NCBI GenBank assembly: GCA_038087875.1 | Contig: JAXLNO010000487.1 | Coordinates: forward strand, 1-64,000 | DNA from: Malacoraja senta | Taxonomy: Eukaryota | Direction of reading: 5' to 3' | DNA: 64,000 bases | In this document: positions 1-11,740 of the stretch, piece after piece | How positions within the stretch are numbered: position 1 is the first letter of the stretch | Layout of the letters: each line of letters starts with the position of its first letter | Notes under the pieces: generated by a model | Databases searched by the model: none | What the model was told of the DNA's origin: nothing | The model's input: only the letters and a program-made list of their open reading frames with translations | Translations under genes and position numbers: made by a program

Positions 1-1105
1 ATGAGGTTGGAGGAGGTGCAAGTGAACCTCTGTCTAACCTGAAAGGACTGTCAGGGTCCCTGGACAGAGTCGAGGGAGGAGGTATAGGGACAGGTGTTGC
101 ATCTTCTGCGGTGGTTGCAGGGGAAGGTACCTGGGGAGGGGGTGGTTTGGGTGGGGAGGGATGAATTAACCAGGGAGTTGCGGAGAGAACGGTCTCTGCG
201 GAAGGTGGAAAGGGGTGGAGATGGGAAAATGTGGCTAGTGGTGAGATCCCATTGGAGGTGGCAGAAATTTTCGAGTATTATGTGTTGTATGCGACGGCTG
301 ATGGGGTGGAAGGGGGAGGGGGAGACAGGGTGGAGCTGCGGGGTACCGAAGAGACACGAGTGAGGGACTCATCTATGATGGGAGAGGGGAATCCCTGTTC
401 CCTAAAGAATGAGGACATCTCGGATGTCCTGGTATGGAACACCTCATCTTGGGCACAGATACGTAGATGGAGGAATTTGGAGTAGGGAATAGAGTCTTTG
501 CAGGAAGCAGGGTGGGAAGAAGTATAGTCGAGATAGTTGTGGGAGTCAGTGGGTTTGTAATAGATGTCAGATAATAGTCTATTTTCTGTGATGGAGACTG
601 TGAGATTAAGAAAGGGGAGGGAGGTGTCGAAGATAGTCCAAGTAAATTTCAGTGCAGGATGAAAATTGATGGTAAAGTTGATGAAGTCCATGAGTTCTGC
701 ATGGGTGCAGGAGGTAGCACCGATGTAGTCATCAATGTAACGGAGATAGAGTTCGGGGATAGGGCCATGTACCCTACAAAGAGGCAGGCATAGCTGGGAC
801 CCATGTGGACTACGCCTTGGACTTGGAGGAAGTGGGAGGAGTCAAAGGAGAAGTTGTTGAGGGTGAGGACCAGCTCCGCTAGGCAGAATAGAGTGTTAAT
901 AGAGGGAATTTGGATGGTTCTGAGGTTGAGGAAGAAACGGAGGGCTTTAAGGCCTTCCTGGTGGGGGATGGAGGTGTAGAGTGACTGAACGCCCATGGTA
1001 AAGATGAGGCAGTGGGGGCTCGGAAAGCAAAAGTCATTGAAGAGACAAAGGACATGTGAGGTATCTTGGACATAGGTCAGGAGGGATAGGATGGAGTTAA
1101 GGTAC
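1..1105 (-). mobile_element. Penelope-like element (PLE) reverse transcriptase remnant, frameshifted, 5'-truncated, running off the window start
   Basis: Minus-strand ORFs 649-1137 and 278-691 carry PLE-type RT motifs: 'VQSLYTSIPH', 'LVLTLNNFSFDSSHFLQVQGV..MGPSYACLFVGY', 'LYLRYIDD' (shifted frame), 'LPFLNL', 'YYKPTDSHNYLDYTSSHP..CKDSIPYSKF'. Confidence 0.88.
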
Positions 1106-1109
1106 GTGG

Positions 1110-1265
1110 AACATTTATCATTGTTACTTTTTTGCATATCTTTTATTCATTGTTCTTTATCTCTCCACATCATCGTCTATATCTCTGGTTTCCCTTATCC
1201 CTAACCAGTCCGAAGAAGGGTCTCGATTCGAAACGTCACCTATTCCTTCTCTCCAGAGATGCTCC
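1110..1265 (+). mobile_element. Inverted PLE 3'-end (pseudo-LTR) segment fused to the truncated 5' end of the RT remnant; contains a degenerate hammerhead-like core
   Basis: 'ccctaaccagtccgaagaagggtctcgattcgaaacgtcacctattccttctctccagagatgc' is the same motif as the short elements elsewhere in the window and is opposite in orientation to the adjacent RT, the usual Penelope arrangement. Confidence 0.75.
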
Positions 1266-1613
1266 AAAAATACAAATTGTTGGGGGCTTATTTTCATAGA
1301 AATGCAGGTTTCATTACTTTCATGTGCTGGCAGATGGAGTACAGTATTTTTTTTTTTAATAGCCATTTACAGTGCATTTAGAAAGTATTCAGACCCCTTC
1401 ACTTTTTCCACATTTTGTTACCTTTGCAGCCTTACTCTAAAATGGATGAAATTCTTTTTTTTTTAATCATCAATCTTCACACAATACCCCAGAATAAAAA
1501 AGTGAAAACAGGCATTTAGAAATGTTTGCAAATGTTTCTTTGTAGGGTACATGGCAATATCCCCGAACTCTATCTCCGTTACATTGATGACTACATCAGT
1601 GCTACCTCCTGCA

Positions 1614-2154
1614 AATGTTTAGAAGGCTCCAATACCAACTATAAACATGTGGATTTCAAATATGTTCGAAACATTACACCTAGAAGAGATAAGACTCCTC
1701 CTGGCAGGTAAACCAGATCACTTCCATCTGACGTGGTCTGCATTTATAGAATTATTACAAATATAGGGTGCAAAGGTACCTTAAAAAAAAAAACTGAGGT
1801 CAGGTAAAGGGTGATGATAGTTGGAAAGTTGGTATGTCCCATTTGCATAATGCTCATAAAAACTATTTGTTTTTCTCTTTTTCTCTTTCTCCTTCTTTTC
1901 TAGGGTCTATTTCTTAACTCTTTTTCTTTTGTTTTTAATTTTGTTCTTATAGGGTCTTCGTTCTGTCTTGTTGTCACACTTTCTACACTTTCACTTTTTC
2001 CTTCACTTTCTTCTTTCTTTCAATCTTATCATTTACTTTTACTAGTGTAAAAAACAAACGGAGTACATTAATTGTAAGAAGATATAAGTGACGAGTACTA
2101 ATGTATGTGGTTGTAATGTAATGTACTTCTAATAAATAATAAATAAAAAATAAA
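1614..2154 (+). mobile_element. 5'-truncated L1-clade LINE 3' end inserted in the left Tc1 TIR
   Basis: Homologous to the ORF2 C-terminus at ~45600-45770 (ataccaac..aaa.atgtggat..aatatgtt..cacct.gaaga.at.agactcctcct). Has a T-rich 3' UTR and an A-rich tail; 15-bp TSD AGAAATGTTTGCAAA at 1518-1532 and 2155-2169. Confidence 0.85.
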
Positions 2155-2409
2155 AGAAATGTTTGCAAAGTAATTAAAAAGAAATTACTGAAATATCACA
2201 TTTACATAAGTATTCAGACCCGTTGCTATGACACTCAAAATTGAGCTTAGGTTCATCCTGTTTCCATTGATTATCCTTGAGATGTTTCTACAACTTGGTT
2301 GGAGTCCACTAGTGGTAAATTAAATTGATTGGATATGATTTGGAAAGGCACACACCTGTCTATATAAGGTCCAACAGTTGACAGTGCATGTCAGAGCAAA
2401 ACCCAAGCC

Positions 2410-3856
2410 ATGAAGACGAAGGAATTGTCAGTAGACCTCCGGGACAGGATTGTGTCGAGACACAGAACTGGGGAAGGGTATAAAACAATTTCTGCAGCAT
2501 TGCAGGTCCAGAAAAGCACAGTGGCCTCCGTCCTTCTTAAATGTAAGAACTTTGGAACCACCAGGACTCTTAATGCAGCTGGCCGCCCGGCCAAACTGAG
2601 CAATCGGATAAGAAGGGCCTTGGTCAGGGAGGTGACCAAGAACCTGATGGTCACTCTGCCAGAGCTCCAGAGTTCCTCTGTGGAGGCGGGAGAACCTTCC
2701 AGAAGGACAACTATATCTGCAGCACTCCACCAATCAGGCGCTTATGGTAGAGTGGCCAGACGGAAGCCACTTCTCAGTAAAAGGCACATGACAGCCCGCT
2801 TGGAGTTTGCCAAAAGGCATGATTCTCTGGTCAGATGAAACCAAGCTTGTACTCTTTGGCCTGAATGCCAAGCGTCACGTCTGGAGGAAACCAGGCACCG
2901 CTCATCACCTGGCCAATACAATTCAATTCAATTCCTTTATTGTCATCTTGCAAGCAACAGTTGTGCAGTGCAAAACGAAAAGACGTTTCCCAGGGAATAC
3001 CGGAGCATCTCACATGAAGTTTAAAACATTTCACACATAATAACAACACTAAAAACAATCCAGTCCCTGATGGAACAGTATAAAGTTAAAATAGATAAAA
3101 ACAACGTTAAAATACAGTAAGACCAATCATAAACATGTCCGGGGTGGCTGATTTGAGTGGCCAGTGCTAGTTATTGAAGTGGCCAGTGCCAGTTATTATA
3201 GTGTCCGTGCCAAGCCGCAGAATCAGGTGACTGTGAGTACAGAGTGGCTGTTTAGCAGCCTCACAGCATATGGCAGGAAGCTTAGCAGTCTTGTAGTCCG
3301 GGCTTTGATGCTGCGATATCTCTTGACTGATGGCAGGAGATCCAGGTGTATGTGGAGGGGGTGCAGTTTGTCCTTAGCAATTCGCTGAGCTTTTTTCCGA
3401 CAGCGGTGAAGCATGGTGGTGGCAGCATCATGCTATGGGGATGTTTTTCAGCTGCAGGAACTAGGAGACTAGTCAGGATCGAGGGAAAGATGAACGGAGC
3501 AAAGTACAGAGAGATCCTTGAGCGTTCTGGACCTCAGGATGGGGCAGAGGTTCACCTTCCAACAGGACAACAACCCAAAGCACACAGCCAAGACAATGCA
3601 GGAGTGGCTTTGTGACAAGTCTGTGAATGTCCTTTAGTGGTCCAGCCAGAGCCCGGACTGGAACCCGATTGAACATTTCTGGGGGGACCTGAAAATAGCT
3701 GTGCATCGACGTTCCCCATCCAACCTGACAGAGCTTGAGAGGATCTGCAGAGAATGGGAGAAATTACCCAAATACAGGTGTGCCAAGCTTGTAGCGTCAT
3801 ACCCAAGAAGACTTGAGGCTGTAATCGCTGTCAAAGGTGCCTCAACAAAGTGCTGA
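2410..3856 (+). pseudogene. Tc1 transposase pseudogene
   Basis: MKTKELSVDLRDRIV...GRPAKLS...[39 protein letters not shown]...(TAG stop)...SPDWNPIE with D-34-E spacing; internal deletions and a LINE insertion. Confidence 0.93.
2920..3399 (-). mobile_element. Rex1/Babar-type LINE 3' fragment inserted in the Tc1 transposase
   Basis: Minus ORF '[40 protein letters not shown]' matches the C-terminus of the 47085-47891 ORF; (TTGAA)n tail at 2920-2935. Confidence 0.8.
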
Positions 3857-4079
3857 ATAAAGGGTCTGAATACTTATGCAAATGTGATATTTCAGTTATT
3901 TCTTTTTAATTACTTTGCAACAATTTCTAAACACTTGTTTTCACTTTTTTATTCTGGGGTATTGTGTGTAGATTGATGATACACATAAATGAATTTAATC
4001 CATTTTAGAATAAGGCTGTAAAGTAACAAAATGTGGAAAAAGTAAGGGGTCTAAATACTTTCTGAATTCACTGTATATC

Positions 4080-4450
4080 CAGTAAACTAGAATATGGGAG
4101 CTTAGTTATCCTACTGCTATACAGAGCCATGGTTAGCCCACTTGTAGAATATTGTCAGAATGGATTAGTTTCAGAAAAGATGTAACGTAGGTTTACTAGT
4201 AATAGTCCCAGGACTATGAATTATGAGAAGTGGTTATGCAAACTCAGGTTGTGTACCTTGGAATATTATAAAATAAGGCTCAGTGTGGGGGGAGCAAACA
4301 TGATATTGACATTTAAGAGGCATTTAGACAGGCACATGAACATGCCTGGAATGGGCTGAACTGCTTCTTGGGCAGGCAGATGGGTCAATATAATTTGGCA
4401 TCATGGTCAGCATAGGCATTGAGGGCCAAAGGGCCTGTTCCCATACCTGG
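4080..4450 (+). mobile_element. Old degenerate CR1-type LINE 3' fragment
   Basis: 'catttaagaggcatttagacaggcacatga...gggccaaagggcctgttc' resembles the other CR1 3' ends in the window. Confidence 0.6.
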
Positions 4451-6614
4451 ATTGATGATATATAATCAGAGGTCAAAGTTAAAAAACTACAGTTGTTTCT
4501 TTTAGGAATTAATTTATGAAACATTTCTTCATGTGAATGTGCCAATTGTTGGTGTCACTTTTAAATCTGTGATCGATATTTATTAATTGAACACATCAAG
4601 AGAAACGGGACAAAACTAAATGTGGAGGTGGATCACAATCAACAATGATCTCATTCCATGGTGCTACGGTGCTGGAGCCAAATTCTTTACTTCTGTTCAT
4701 ATATTCCTGAGTATTATTGAAGAAATAAAAATACGATTAACATAATGATAGAAAAAAAATCAGATCACACTGACAAAGATTTTTGTCCATTAATCTCCTT
4801 CGTGGAATCACTATGGAGTTACTCGAATCATTCCCATCAACTTTACATTTTGTAAATGAAGTACCGTGGGGAACTTTATTGTTGATAAAGATTGTATAAA
4901 AGCAAATTATTAATGTTGGTGACATCAGTGAGGAATCTTTAATATAATTACACATAACAATATGGGGATTTATTTTTCCAGCTTTGAAAATTTTACTTAA
5001 TGAAAAATTAATGGCAAATTTACCCCCAGAAAATCCACAATCCTCAACCACGACTGGATGATGTGAAACGTGCAGAGGGAAATATCAACCCATCACCTTA
5101 AAACATTTCTGTGCAATGTGGTTGAATTAGAGGGTTATACAACAGAACAGTAAAAATAAGCTTTTGTCACATTTAATCAACAAATATAATTTTTGTAGAT
5201 TTTATCAGATTTATTGGTTGCCATCCATTTTTGCAGTCTACTTGTAGAATTTAATGCAGAAAACTCCACTATGTTTATTGTTCTTTTCATTTTTACATTC
5301 ATTTCTACTACAATAACATAGCCAATGATTTCTGATTAAGCATTCTCTAAACCTGTCTGCTGCTTTAGATTTTAATCTTTGAGAACTCTTTTTTTGACAG
5401 CTTTGTGTTTCGATCATCTTTGATAAACAGGAGTGAGTATTGGCCCCACTTGTTACCCACACTCACTTTGTGGAGAGAATTTCATCTCTTTTGAAGCAGA
5501 AGCACTTTGTAGAATCATAGTGAGAGGAATAGAAGTAATTGTATTCCTCAACGAGCTTTCTCCCAACTGCTGTGGAGTACCACTGATGTTGAGAGAAAAA
5601 ATGGTGTGTATTTCACAATAATTGAAGACATCTTAAAAGATTTTTCTTGTATTCTCCTGCTGCCTTGTGACATTTGGAGGAATTCCAAAACTTGCACTGG
5701 TGCCAAAAAAAACAGCAACGTCTGCCACATACAATCTTATACATTGTTACTGTTAAATTTTGTCAAAACAGTGCTCTTACTACATGCCATTAATTATTCA
5801 TGGTTTAAAAAATGAAACTTAAAATAAGTGCTGAATATATATTATAAATATTTATTCAAAAAATATATAAATTTATGAATTCATTATTTTTTGTCCAAAA
5901 TTATTTTGAAATAATGTTAGTATACATCATCCAGCATGGTATCAATTACTGGAAATACAATGGCTATCAGCTAAATAAAAATACTCAAAGCACCATTTGA
6001 GATTTTAACCAATTGTTAGAGCGCTATAAAAAAATTAAAGAGCTTCAAATTAAGATAGACACAAATTTAGCGTCAAATTTAAATTGGTCTACCAAAGCAA
6101 ATCCATTAAGTTAATAATTAATTGTTTTTTGTGTGCTCTTTCTGTAAAGTAGGAATTGAAACATTGTGATATTTGTGATATTTAGTTATTAAGTCGGAGT
6201 TCCAGATATTCACTTTATCATCAGAGCTCCCTCCAGAAAAGAGACCAAAATTAATGCAAACATATACATCATAAAAATGTGAATATGCTTTCAGTACAAT
6301 TAAAGTATTACACTTCAGAGAGTACAATATTATTTTCTCCATTTATTTTAAGACTTGGGTAATTCAGGTGTGATTTTCGATCTTCAGATAAAGTGGAAGA
6401 TGGTTCAGGTGACTGTCGCAACACAATGCGGCTGGGATAAGAACCCACACCACATATACGTAGCAACACTAAGAACACCTAATACCTAATGGCCAGACTT
6501 CTGCCCAAATAATACACCACCTAGGCTCTCTTTTTTGTTTCACCTCAGTTTTATGTGCATGCCTTGCCCCTTTCAAACTATAGAGCTGCTGCTTCTTTAT
6601 TCCAGCAACCAAGG

Positions 6615-6850
6615 TGGCATGTGTTCCCTGTGGATCTCATCGGTTCCCTCGGTCTGTTGCAGCTTCCTCTCTTATCCCAAAGACAAGCAGGTCAATTGAC
6701 TAATTAGCCATTGTAAATAGCCCCGAGTGGGCAGATGGTGGGGAGAGTTGATGGGAATGTGGCCAGATATTTTGAAAATGGGATTGAAGTTTATGTTTAT
6801 TTGGATTTAGTTGAACAAAGGTATTTTCCATACACTATGTTCCTACGACT
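6615..6850 (+). mobile_element. Degenerate V-SINE
   Basis: Decayed V-domain 'tcccaaagacaagcaggtcaattgactaattagccattgtaaatagcccc'. Confidence 0.5.
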
Positions 6851-7609
6851 CACATTCATAAAATGCACAGGTAACCTGACCTCTTGATGAAAGGGGCAAA
6901 TGATTGATAGGCTCTGTAACAAAGAAGATCGTTCTGAATTTGCTCTGAATGGATTTACTCATCCACTTGAAAACTTATACCAGATTTGAGGACAAGATTC
7001 TAAAAAGAGACCTTGGCTGGAAGTTTCTCGGCTATCTAAGATTGTCACCCCTTTACATTTGTACATTTGTAATTTTCCTGTTGAACTCACCAAATGGGTC
7101 TACACTGAATAAAGACAAAAAAATGCTGGAATTGTTCCATAGGTCAGATCACCTCTGTAGGAAGTAAAACAGAGTAAATGCTTCAGGTTAAAACTCCCTT
7201 ATCAGATTTCTAGAGAGGGTGGAGAACTGTAAACCCATTCCCCTTCCACACCTCCTTGGATTCACAATTCACTGGGGGGAGGGGGGGGGAATGTCAAAAC
7301 AGGAATCAAGAGGATCTTAATCATCAATGAGAAGGGAGAGACATGTCAATGTCCCAAATACAAAAAATACAAGGTCTTTCTACAATGAATGGGGATAATC
7401 TACATGAAGTGAACAACTTTGCCCGAGAAGTTTTGAGATAATCATCTGGTCCAGTCTCTGCTTTGAGGAACAGGGTGAGACATGTTTCAATTTTTTCTTC
7501 GCTGAGGTACAAGAGAGAGCTTTGAGATGAGTAATCTGGTGGGGCTGATGATATTTTATCACAGCGTAACATGATAAGAATCACCAGGTCCTTTTATGGA
7601 CTTTGCAGT

Positions 7610-8110
7610 TATAGTCACACAGCAGGGAAATGGGCCCTTTGGTCTAACTTATCCAGGCCGACTAAGTTGCCTACTTGGTCCCATTTGCCAGCATTTGGCC
7701 CATATCCCTCTAAACCTTTCCTATCCATGTAACTTTCACTGCTTCCTATCGTCTATCCTGGATGCAAGTGCAACATTGCTAACCCTGGACATACGAGAGG
7801 CATAAATAAGGTCATAGAGTCATACAATGTGGAAACAGGCCCTTTGGCCCAACTTGCCCACACCAGCCAATATGTCCCAGCTACACTAGTTCCACCTGCC
7901 CGCGTTTAGTCCATATCCCTCCAAACCTGCACTATCCATGTATCTGTCTAACTCTTTCTTAAATGTTGGGATAATCTCTGCCTCAACTACCTCCTCTGGC
8001 AGCTTGTTCCACACACCCACCACCCTTTGTGTGAAAAAATTACCCTTCAGATTCCTATTAATTCGTTTCCCTTTCAACTTAAACCTATGTCCTCTGGTCC
8101 TCGATTCACC
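7610..8110 (-). mobile_element. Two tandem CR1 (HER1-like) LINE 3' ends
   Basis: Minus ORF 'GNFFTQRVVGVWNKLPEEVVEA..FKKELDRYM'; tails at ~7610 and ~7812. Confidence 0.8.
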
Positions 8111-8139
8111 TATAAGGTAAACAGGAAGTAAAAATCAAA

Positions 8140-8420
8140 TATTGGAGGGAAAGCGTTAAGGTAAGCGAGGCAAAATTTAAAGATTTGTAGGGCTACTTTT
8201 TTACACAGAGGGCGGTAAGTGCCTGGGATGCGTTGCCAGGGTTGGTGGTTGACAGATATAATTGTAGCATTTAAGAGGCCTTTAGATAGGCATATGGATA
8301 TACAGGGAATGGAGGATATAGATTATATGCAGGTAGATATGGAATAGTCTTGGCATCATATTCAGCACAGATGTTGTGGGCCAAAGGGCCTGCTCTGATT
8401 CTGTACTGCGCTATGTCTTG
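8140..8420 (+). mobile_element. CR1 LINE 3' end, inverted relative to 7812-8110
   Basis: 'ttttttacacagagggcggtaagtgcctggga...gggccaaagggcctg'. Confidence 0.75.
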
Positions 8421-8647
8421 CAAAGAGTAAAATCCAGGAGTAATAAATTGATGTATGTGGTGTTTTCATCCACTGTGGGCCTGGGCCTTACCTAAATTCC
8501 TTAATTTCCAGCCAGCAACTGGAAGTACACTCTCACTTATATTCACTATGGGAAGGAGAGACAAGACAACATATAGCACAAGAGACAGTAGTGTCTTGGA
8601 GAAGCTAGAATCTGTACAGCGAGTCTCAGCCTCCCATTATGAATCAC

Positions 8648-8824
8648 AACACAAAGTTCTGGAGGCTCAGCAGGTCAGGCAGCACAAATAAATGGAATGG
8701 ACATATGACGTTTTGGGTCAGGACTCCTCTTCAAACTGATCTAAAGGTTCCCGACCCAAAATGCCTTCTGTCCACTCCCTCCATATATGCTAACTGACCT
8801 GCAGAGTTCTTCCAGAACTTTTAT
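8648..8824. mobile_element. Degenerate palindromic short PLE-end element
   Basis: Arms 'aaagttctgga..ctcagcaggtcag..ttttgggtcagga' and 'ttcccgacccaaaa..ctgacctgcagagttcttccagaacttt' are mutually inverted. Confidence 0.65.
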
Positions 8825-10049
8825 TTGTAACAGAAATCGGAATCCTATTTCATTGGGGAAAGTTCACTACAAAGGTGAAGTGCTCGCTGGAGAAGCTGGA
8901 CCACAGCATCGGCAATGCTGCATTCTCTCCAACATTAGCGTGCTCTCTGAAATGGGAAGAGAACTCACAGATGACATAGTGGACAACAGTAGAACTGCTA
9001 AACCCAACAGGCTAAGAACATTCATTCAAATTTGGCGTCACGCAAGCTTGTTCTTCCTCGTCGGTACATTGCGTTGTGCCCTTTGCTGATAACTGCCAGC
9101 GAATCCTCACTCTTATCAATGTCAGAAACGGCAGGATGAAATCGCCGGCATTCTTTCTATTTCTTTTTTTATACTTAACGAAATCTAAAGTGATACTACA
9201 TGCTAGATGTAAGAATGAAAATATATTTGTCTCATTTCTTACGGTATATTTCGTGGTATCATGGAAACCTTCACCAGCATAGAGTTGATGGAGGCTATTT
9301 TGCATCTGATCTTTCTATCAATCCTACTGCCGCCACTTCCTCGCCATTTCCTTGCATTGTAGCACATTCTCTTGCTTCTGCTGTTTAACATTTAATCTCG
9401 AAAGCTCGCACTGAATCCATTTCCATCGCATTGTCAGACAATGCATTCCTCACCAGTCCTTGTGTTGCCCATGTTAATGCAAACGCTGCCAAGTGCTATG
9501 GGTGCTGCGCTGAGATTAATCCTGGAACTACTAAGATAGCTACTGTTATGTGGGAACTGAACTTAAAGTCAAGACCCTCCCTATTCAACCCAGCATACTC
9601 GCAGGCATATAAATGTACAGACAAAGATGGATACAATGTCGAAGTGTGCAAGCTGCAAGTTCTTGACTCAACTTGCCAGAGAAACAGCGGAACATTTTTA
9701 TTTGCCTTTTTTAATTTTTAGATATACGTTTGAAAAAAAAAACCACTCACAGCGACGTGTAACCTAGCTTAGGAGGAATTGGTTTTGTCAATATTCAGAA
9801 AAAAACTGAATTGTTGACTGAAGTCTGCAGTTTTGCTTCTAGTACTTTATTAGTATTCAATTAGCCAAGTTTTTATTTTAATTGCGAAGAGGTGAGAAAT
9901 CTGGTGGGTGACAGGCGAAAAACTTAGGTCACTTCACTTTCGTTACGGTGAATACAATGACTTTATATATATATATATATAAATATATTTGCACACACAA
10001 GAGGCCGTTGAGGATGTTTTCTGTGAGGAAGAGTCGATATTTTTAGTTC

Positions 10050-11050
10050 ACGGGGCGGATTATAGTTTGGCGATTTTTTTTTCTCTTAAGGAACCCTGGA
10101 AAGTTGAGGTTTGAAGGCGGTGCTGTTGAGTTTATGTATGTATGTAGACGGGGGAAGGAGTGAGCCGCTGTCGCTGCTGCTGCCGAGTGTCGGTGCTCTC
10201 GGGGAGCTGTGAGAGTGAGAGGCTGAGCGAGTGTTGGAGGCGCGCTTGTCCATGTGGGGCTGTGTCATTGGTTTGTGGCAGAGCCCGCCCGCCGAGCCCA
10301 GCCCAACCCAACCCAGCCCAGCCCAGCCCAGACCCCCTCCGGCCCGGCACGGCCCCGCTCCACTCCACTCCACTCCCTCTCTTGCTCCAGCTCTCTCTCT
10401 CTCTGCAACTCGCTTCTTGTGCCGGCGGGGGAAGAAGGAGGAGGAAGGAGGGGGTCAGGGCAGGAGGAGGAGGAGGAAGCCCGATCGCCAGGAGCCACCG
10501 AGGACCAGGGCAGCGGAGCCGCCGCCGCCGCCACCACCAACACCTCCTCGCCCGTCTCTCGGCGCCTGTCGCCCGGGGATCGGAGCGCACCGACCCTGCA
10601 CCGGACCGCACCTACCCTGCACCGGACCGCACCTACCCTGCACCGGACCGACCCCGGACTGCACCTACCCTGCACCGGACTGGACTGCACCGACCCTGCA
10701 CCGCACCTACCCCGGACTGCACCTACCCTGCACCGGACCCTGCACTGGACTGCACCGACCCTGCACCGCACCTACCCCGCCGCCCGGATCTTACAGGCTG
10801 CAGTTGGAGGATTAAGTTGAATTGTTTCCTTTTTGATGTGGACCAGCTGAGCGGAGGACGCTGTGAGCGATAGAGATGCTGCTGCCGAGGGACGGTATGT
10901 TGTGAGCCGGGCGGCTTTTAGCACAGGTACCGGGCTCTGGGCGAGTGGCCACGGCGGCTCCCTCCCTCCCTCCCTCCTCCTCGGGCAACTGGTCCCCTCT
11001 CCTGGGCGATCCATCCCCTTCCCCAGGGCGACCAATACCCCTCCCTAGGC
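10050..11050 (+). promoter_or_regulatory. CpG island: probable promoter and 5'-UTR first exon of an unidentified gene
   Basis: Abrupt high GC/CpG content in an AT-rich background; GC box GGGGCGG at ~10052; (GGA)n and (GCC)n tracts; candidate donors GACG|GTATGT (~10894) and CAG|GTACCG (10926/10927). Strand is inferred from the donors. Confidence 0.75.
10586..10777 (+). repeat. GC-rich modular minisatellite (core unit ~21 bp GCACCGGACCGCACCTACCCT)
   Basis: Directly visible repeats built from GCACC / GGAC(C/T) / TACCCT / GACCCT modules. Confidence 0.9.
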
Positions 11051-11740
11051 GACCCGTCTGTGGGTAATCCGTACCCCTCCCCTCCCCTCCCCTCCCCTGG
11101 ACAATCCAGCCCCTCCCTCCACACCCCCCCCCCCCAAGCCCAACCCCTCTCTCCTGAACAACCCGCCTCCTCGCCCAACCTACACATGTCCCCGCCCCCT
11201 GAAATGCTGCCTACCACCTCCCTCCCACCTTGCATCAGCCCCCCCCCACCACCACTCGCTCCACCCATCTAACTTGCCCCCCTCATTCGCCTGCCGTTCC
11301 CCCAAAATTTGCCAGCCCTTCAACACCCCTGTCATCTGACCCAACCACACCATTTCACCACCTCCCCCAATGTTTGCCCCCCATTTCCTATCTCCACCCT
11401 CCATTTGCCCCCCACTTCATTTGCCCTCAACACCCTTCAACAGTTTGACCAGCCCCCCACCCCCCCCCCCCCCAGCAACATTTGACCCCCATCGGTTGAC
11501 TCCTCCACCGTTTAGCCTCCACGGTTAGACTCCCCTGCAGTTTGAACCCCAATTGAGTGATTAATCACCCCCCCCCCCCCGCCTCCCTGGTTTCCCCCAC
11601 CATCAGTCATCCCAGTCCACAGTTTGACTCCCCCCCCCCCCACTGTTCGCCCCCAACCACCTTTTGCACTCCATCCCCACTGTCCATCCCAGCTTCTCCC
11701 CAACACCATGGAGTGGGTGTCATCTGCTGCCCCCACCCAC
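11030..11740 (+). repeat. C-rich low-complexity tract with long poly-C runs (G-quadruplex-prone on the minus strand)
   Basis: Multiple C9-C13 runs and CCCCT repeats. Confidence 0.8.

Larger units (their letters stand above)
1370..4073 (+). mobile_element. Tc1-family DNA transposon (DD34E), full length, inactivated, with two nested insertions
   Basis: TA|CAGTGCATTTAGAAAGTATTCAGACCCC at 1370 and GGGGTCTAAATACTTTCTGAATTCACTG|TA at 4073; ~200-bp TIRs; TA target duplication. Confidence 0.95.

Noticed and set aside
4737..9721. Assorted 60-104 aa ORFs upstream of the CpG island
   Set aside because: No recognisable domains or consistent splice structure; compatible with chance.
10586..10777. CRISPR-like regularly repeated units
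   Set aside because: Tandem modules with no unique spacers, in vertebrate DNA; this is a minisatellite.
10086..10873. Several overlapping long ORFs (159-237 aa) on both strands
   Set aside because: Low-complexity Pro/Arg/Gly translations of GC-rich repeats, open in most frames because stops are scarce; no recognisable protein.
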